Assembly: GCA_902762295.1 (NCBI GenBank)
Contig: CACWNX010000001.1
Location: 355,238-419,237, forward strand
Direction of reading: 5' to 3'
Length of the DNA: 64,000 nt
Origin: an uncultured Pseudomonadota bacterium
GTDB lineage: Bacteria; Pseudomonadota; Alphaproteobacteria; Rs-D84
Each line of letters begins with the position of its first letter. Position 1 is the first letter of the stretch. Shown here in pieces: positions 62,260 to 64,000 of the stretch. The notes under the pieces are model-generated. The model made no database searches and was not told the DNA's origin. It saw only the letters and a program-made list of their open reading frames with translations. The translations under genes were made by a program, and so were the position numbers.

Positions 62260-64000
62260 ATGATTATGGGGGTTAGTCAACAATTTTCAGATTTTCGTAA
62301 AACAACACCACGCTATATCCAGTGGGTGTTGCTGTTTGCGGCATTGTTGGTTGTGGTGGTGTTATTGGTGCTGTTAAAGGGCGCAAAGCAAACGCCAAAA
62401 ATTGTGGTTGGCGAAGAATCTGTGATTCCTAATCCGGAATTAATTATAAAACCAAACGCGCCACTAGATTGGTCTAATACTTTTGTTGGTGATGAACGTA
62501 ATGCCGAAATACACATATCGGCAAACACACGTGTCCAGATTACTGGTATAACAATTCATGTTGATGGCGATACAAACGATGCCAATGGTGTTTTTGCAAC
62601 TGACACATGCACTAATGACCAGACGGTTATAGGACCAAATATGGCATGTGTTATAAATATTACCTATCGTCCGGTAAATGCGATGCTTAGTACTGGGATG
62701 AATATTTCAATAAATTGGAATGTTATTGACAGTGCATTGGATATGAATACACCGAATGCGATTACGGCAATTATTGGTGCGCGTGACCGTACGGTGCCGA
62801 AACAAGAAACCCCAGATGATACAGAACCATTTGAACCAGATGATGCATTCTATTATGATGATATGGCAACGGAATTTGACGAAGATTTATCGGCAATTGC
62901 GCCACCAATGAATATGTATGAACCAGAACCGTTGTATGACACAAATAATACGGGTTCGCATCGCAATATGTTTGGTAATTCGTGTTCAGACTTCGCGTTT
63001 CCGGCATATAATACCGCCGGAATTCAAAGTGGTTGGATAAAACCCGAAGGTGGCGCATATTATTACCATCCATTCAGTGATGTAAACTGTGATACACCGG
63101 CGGGAATCTATAATGCGGAAACTGGCTATATTATGGATATTAACAATCCAACACACAAAATTGGTTCAGATTCAGAACATATACGTTTAAGCATAACTGA
63201 ACGCGTACCGGTCCTTGGCGGTGGCTCAACACGCCGCGGTGTTGTCAAGGCACGTCAGTTAACTGATGCAGATATGGAAACCCTGGGACTGTCAAAGCTT
63301 GCAACCCCTGAATCTGCACAAAGTTTGAAAGGAATAAAGGCAAATAGTGTTGTAAAAAAGAATAATATAGAAAAAGATGTATATTTAGGTTCAGGAAGAA
63401 AAGATGGCGTGTTCTCGTCGCGACCATATGACCGCACATTCGTGCTGCGCCAATATAAACCAATTCCCGCAACAATCGTTTCAGATATCCAGGCAGATTC
63501 TAAATTATTGGATGGTGGTTTACCGGTACGTGCAACTGTTGATCGCAATGTTTATTCGGATAATGGACGTACCGTTATTATTCCAACCGGGACATTGATG
63601 TTGGGCTATGTAACGGGCGATTTACCCGGACCATATAAAGCGGTCGGTCGCATGGAAATAAAATGGTACCAATTTATTCGTCCCGATGGGGTTGAATTCA
63701 ATTTTAGGGACAGCAATAAACAACCATTTGCCGCAGATTCCCAAGGACGCAAAGGTGTCCCCGGACATGGTAATACCGATTATCTGCAACAATTTGTTAT
63801 GCCAATGTTAACCGCGATTGTACCGGCGGCGGTAAACTTAATCGCGCCAATATCGGACGCATTTGTTAATCAAATTGATTTAGACAATAATACGGTTGTG
63901 CAAACGGGAACGGTGCGTTCATCGGAATTGGCAAAAAATGAAATTATCACTGCGTGGAATAATGTCGCGACAAAATTGTTGGTTGATATGATGGATAACA
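62260..64000 (+). CDS. virB10: T4SS VirB10/TrbI, runs off the window (absent from ORF track)
   Basis: Hand translation: N-terminal TM, then IPATIVSDIQAD, VRATVDRNVYSDNGRTVIIPTGTLMLG, RMEIKW...IRPDG and ADSQGRKGVPG; no stop before the window end. Confidence 0.9.
   Translation, partial: MIMGVSQQFSDFRKTTPRYIQWVLLFAALLVVVVLLVLLKGAKQTPKIVVGEESVIPNPELIIKPNAPLDWSNTFVGDERNAEIHISANTRVQITGITIHVDGDTNDANGVFATDTCTNDQTVIGPNMACVINITYRPVNAMLSTGMNISINWNVIDSALDMNTPNAITAIIGARDRTVPKQETPDDTEPFEPDDAFYYDDMATEFDEDLSAIAPPMNMYEPEPLYDTNNTGSHRNMFGNSCSDFAFPAYNTAGIQSGWIKPEGGAYYYHPFSDVNCDTPAGIYNAETGYIMDINNPTHKIGSDSEHIRLSITERVPVLGGGSTRRGVVKARQLTDADMETLGLSKLATPESAQSLKGIKANSVVKKNNIEKDVYLGSGRKDGVFSSRPYDRTFVLRQYKPIPATIVSDIQADSKLLDGGLPVRATVDRNVYSDNGRTVIIPTGTLMLGYVTGDLPGPYKAVGRMEIKWYQFIRPDGVEFNFRDSNKQPFAADSQGRKGVPGHGNTDYLQQFVMPMLTAIVPAAVNLIAPISDAFVNQIDLDNNTVVQTGTVRSSELAKNEIITAWNNVATKLLVDMMDN

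Noticed and set aside
56752-64000. ICE or integrated plasmid downstream of 5S rRNA
   Set aside because: No integrase, relaxase or att repeat seen, and virD4 sits 30 kb away among core genes. The window edge limits certainty.

Overview
Chromosomal window from a divergent, apparently genome-reduced Alphaproteobacterium. The 16S has alphaproteobacterial signatures, and gene content suggests the gut-associated Rs-D84/'Ca. Enterousia'-like lineage (inference, not database-checked). Most of the window is scrambled housekeeping genes: rsmG-parA-parB with parS sites, pal, infC with an AUU start, xseB-mutS-truB-rpsO-pnp, lptF-lptD-surA-rlmN, nusA-infB, der, rpoH, fabZ/lpxD, dnaX and one 16S-tRNA(Ile)-23S-5S operon. 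Scattered among them, with no mobile-element genes in the window, is a cell-contact machinery. It comprises a type IV secretion system (virD4 followed by two lipoprotein genes; virB8, a VirB9-SPOR fusion and an Ig-domain-containing VirB10), a PilS-like pilin, three tandem PilV-like adhesins, a 1111-aa Cys-rich exported protein with a compositionally foreign internal cassette, and candidate effectors including a HopA1-like protein. The main non-coding observations are three. First, the 23S rRNA lacks about 68 nt that include the universally conserved sarcin-ricin loop (assembly artefact or real anomaly). Second, a ~40-bp mini-element sits three times in the loop of different REP-like palindromes. 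Third, there is a 6S-like RNA with an alternative-pairing repeat. All family assignments come from motif recognition by eye; no searches were run.
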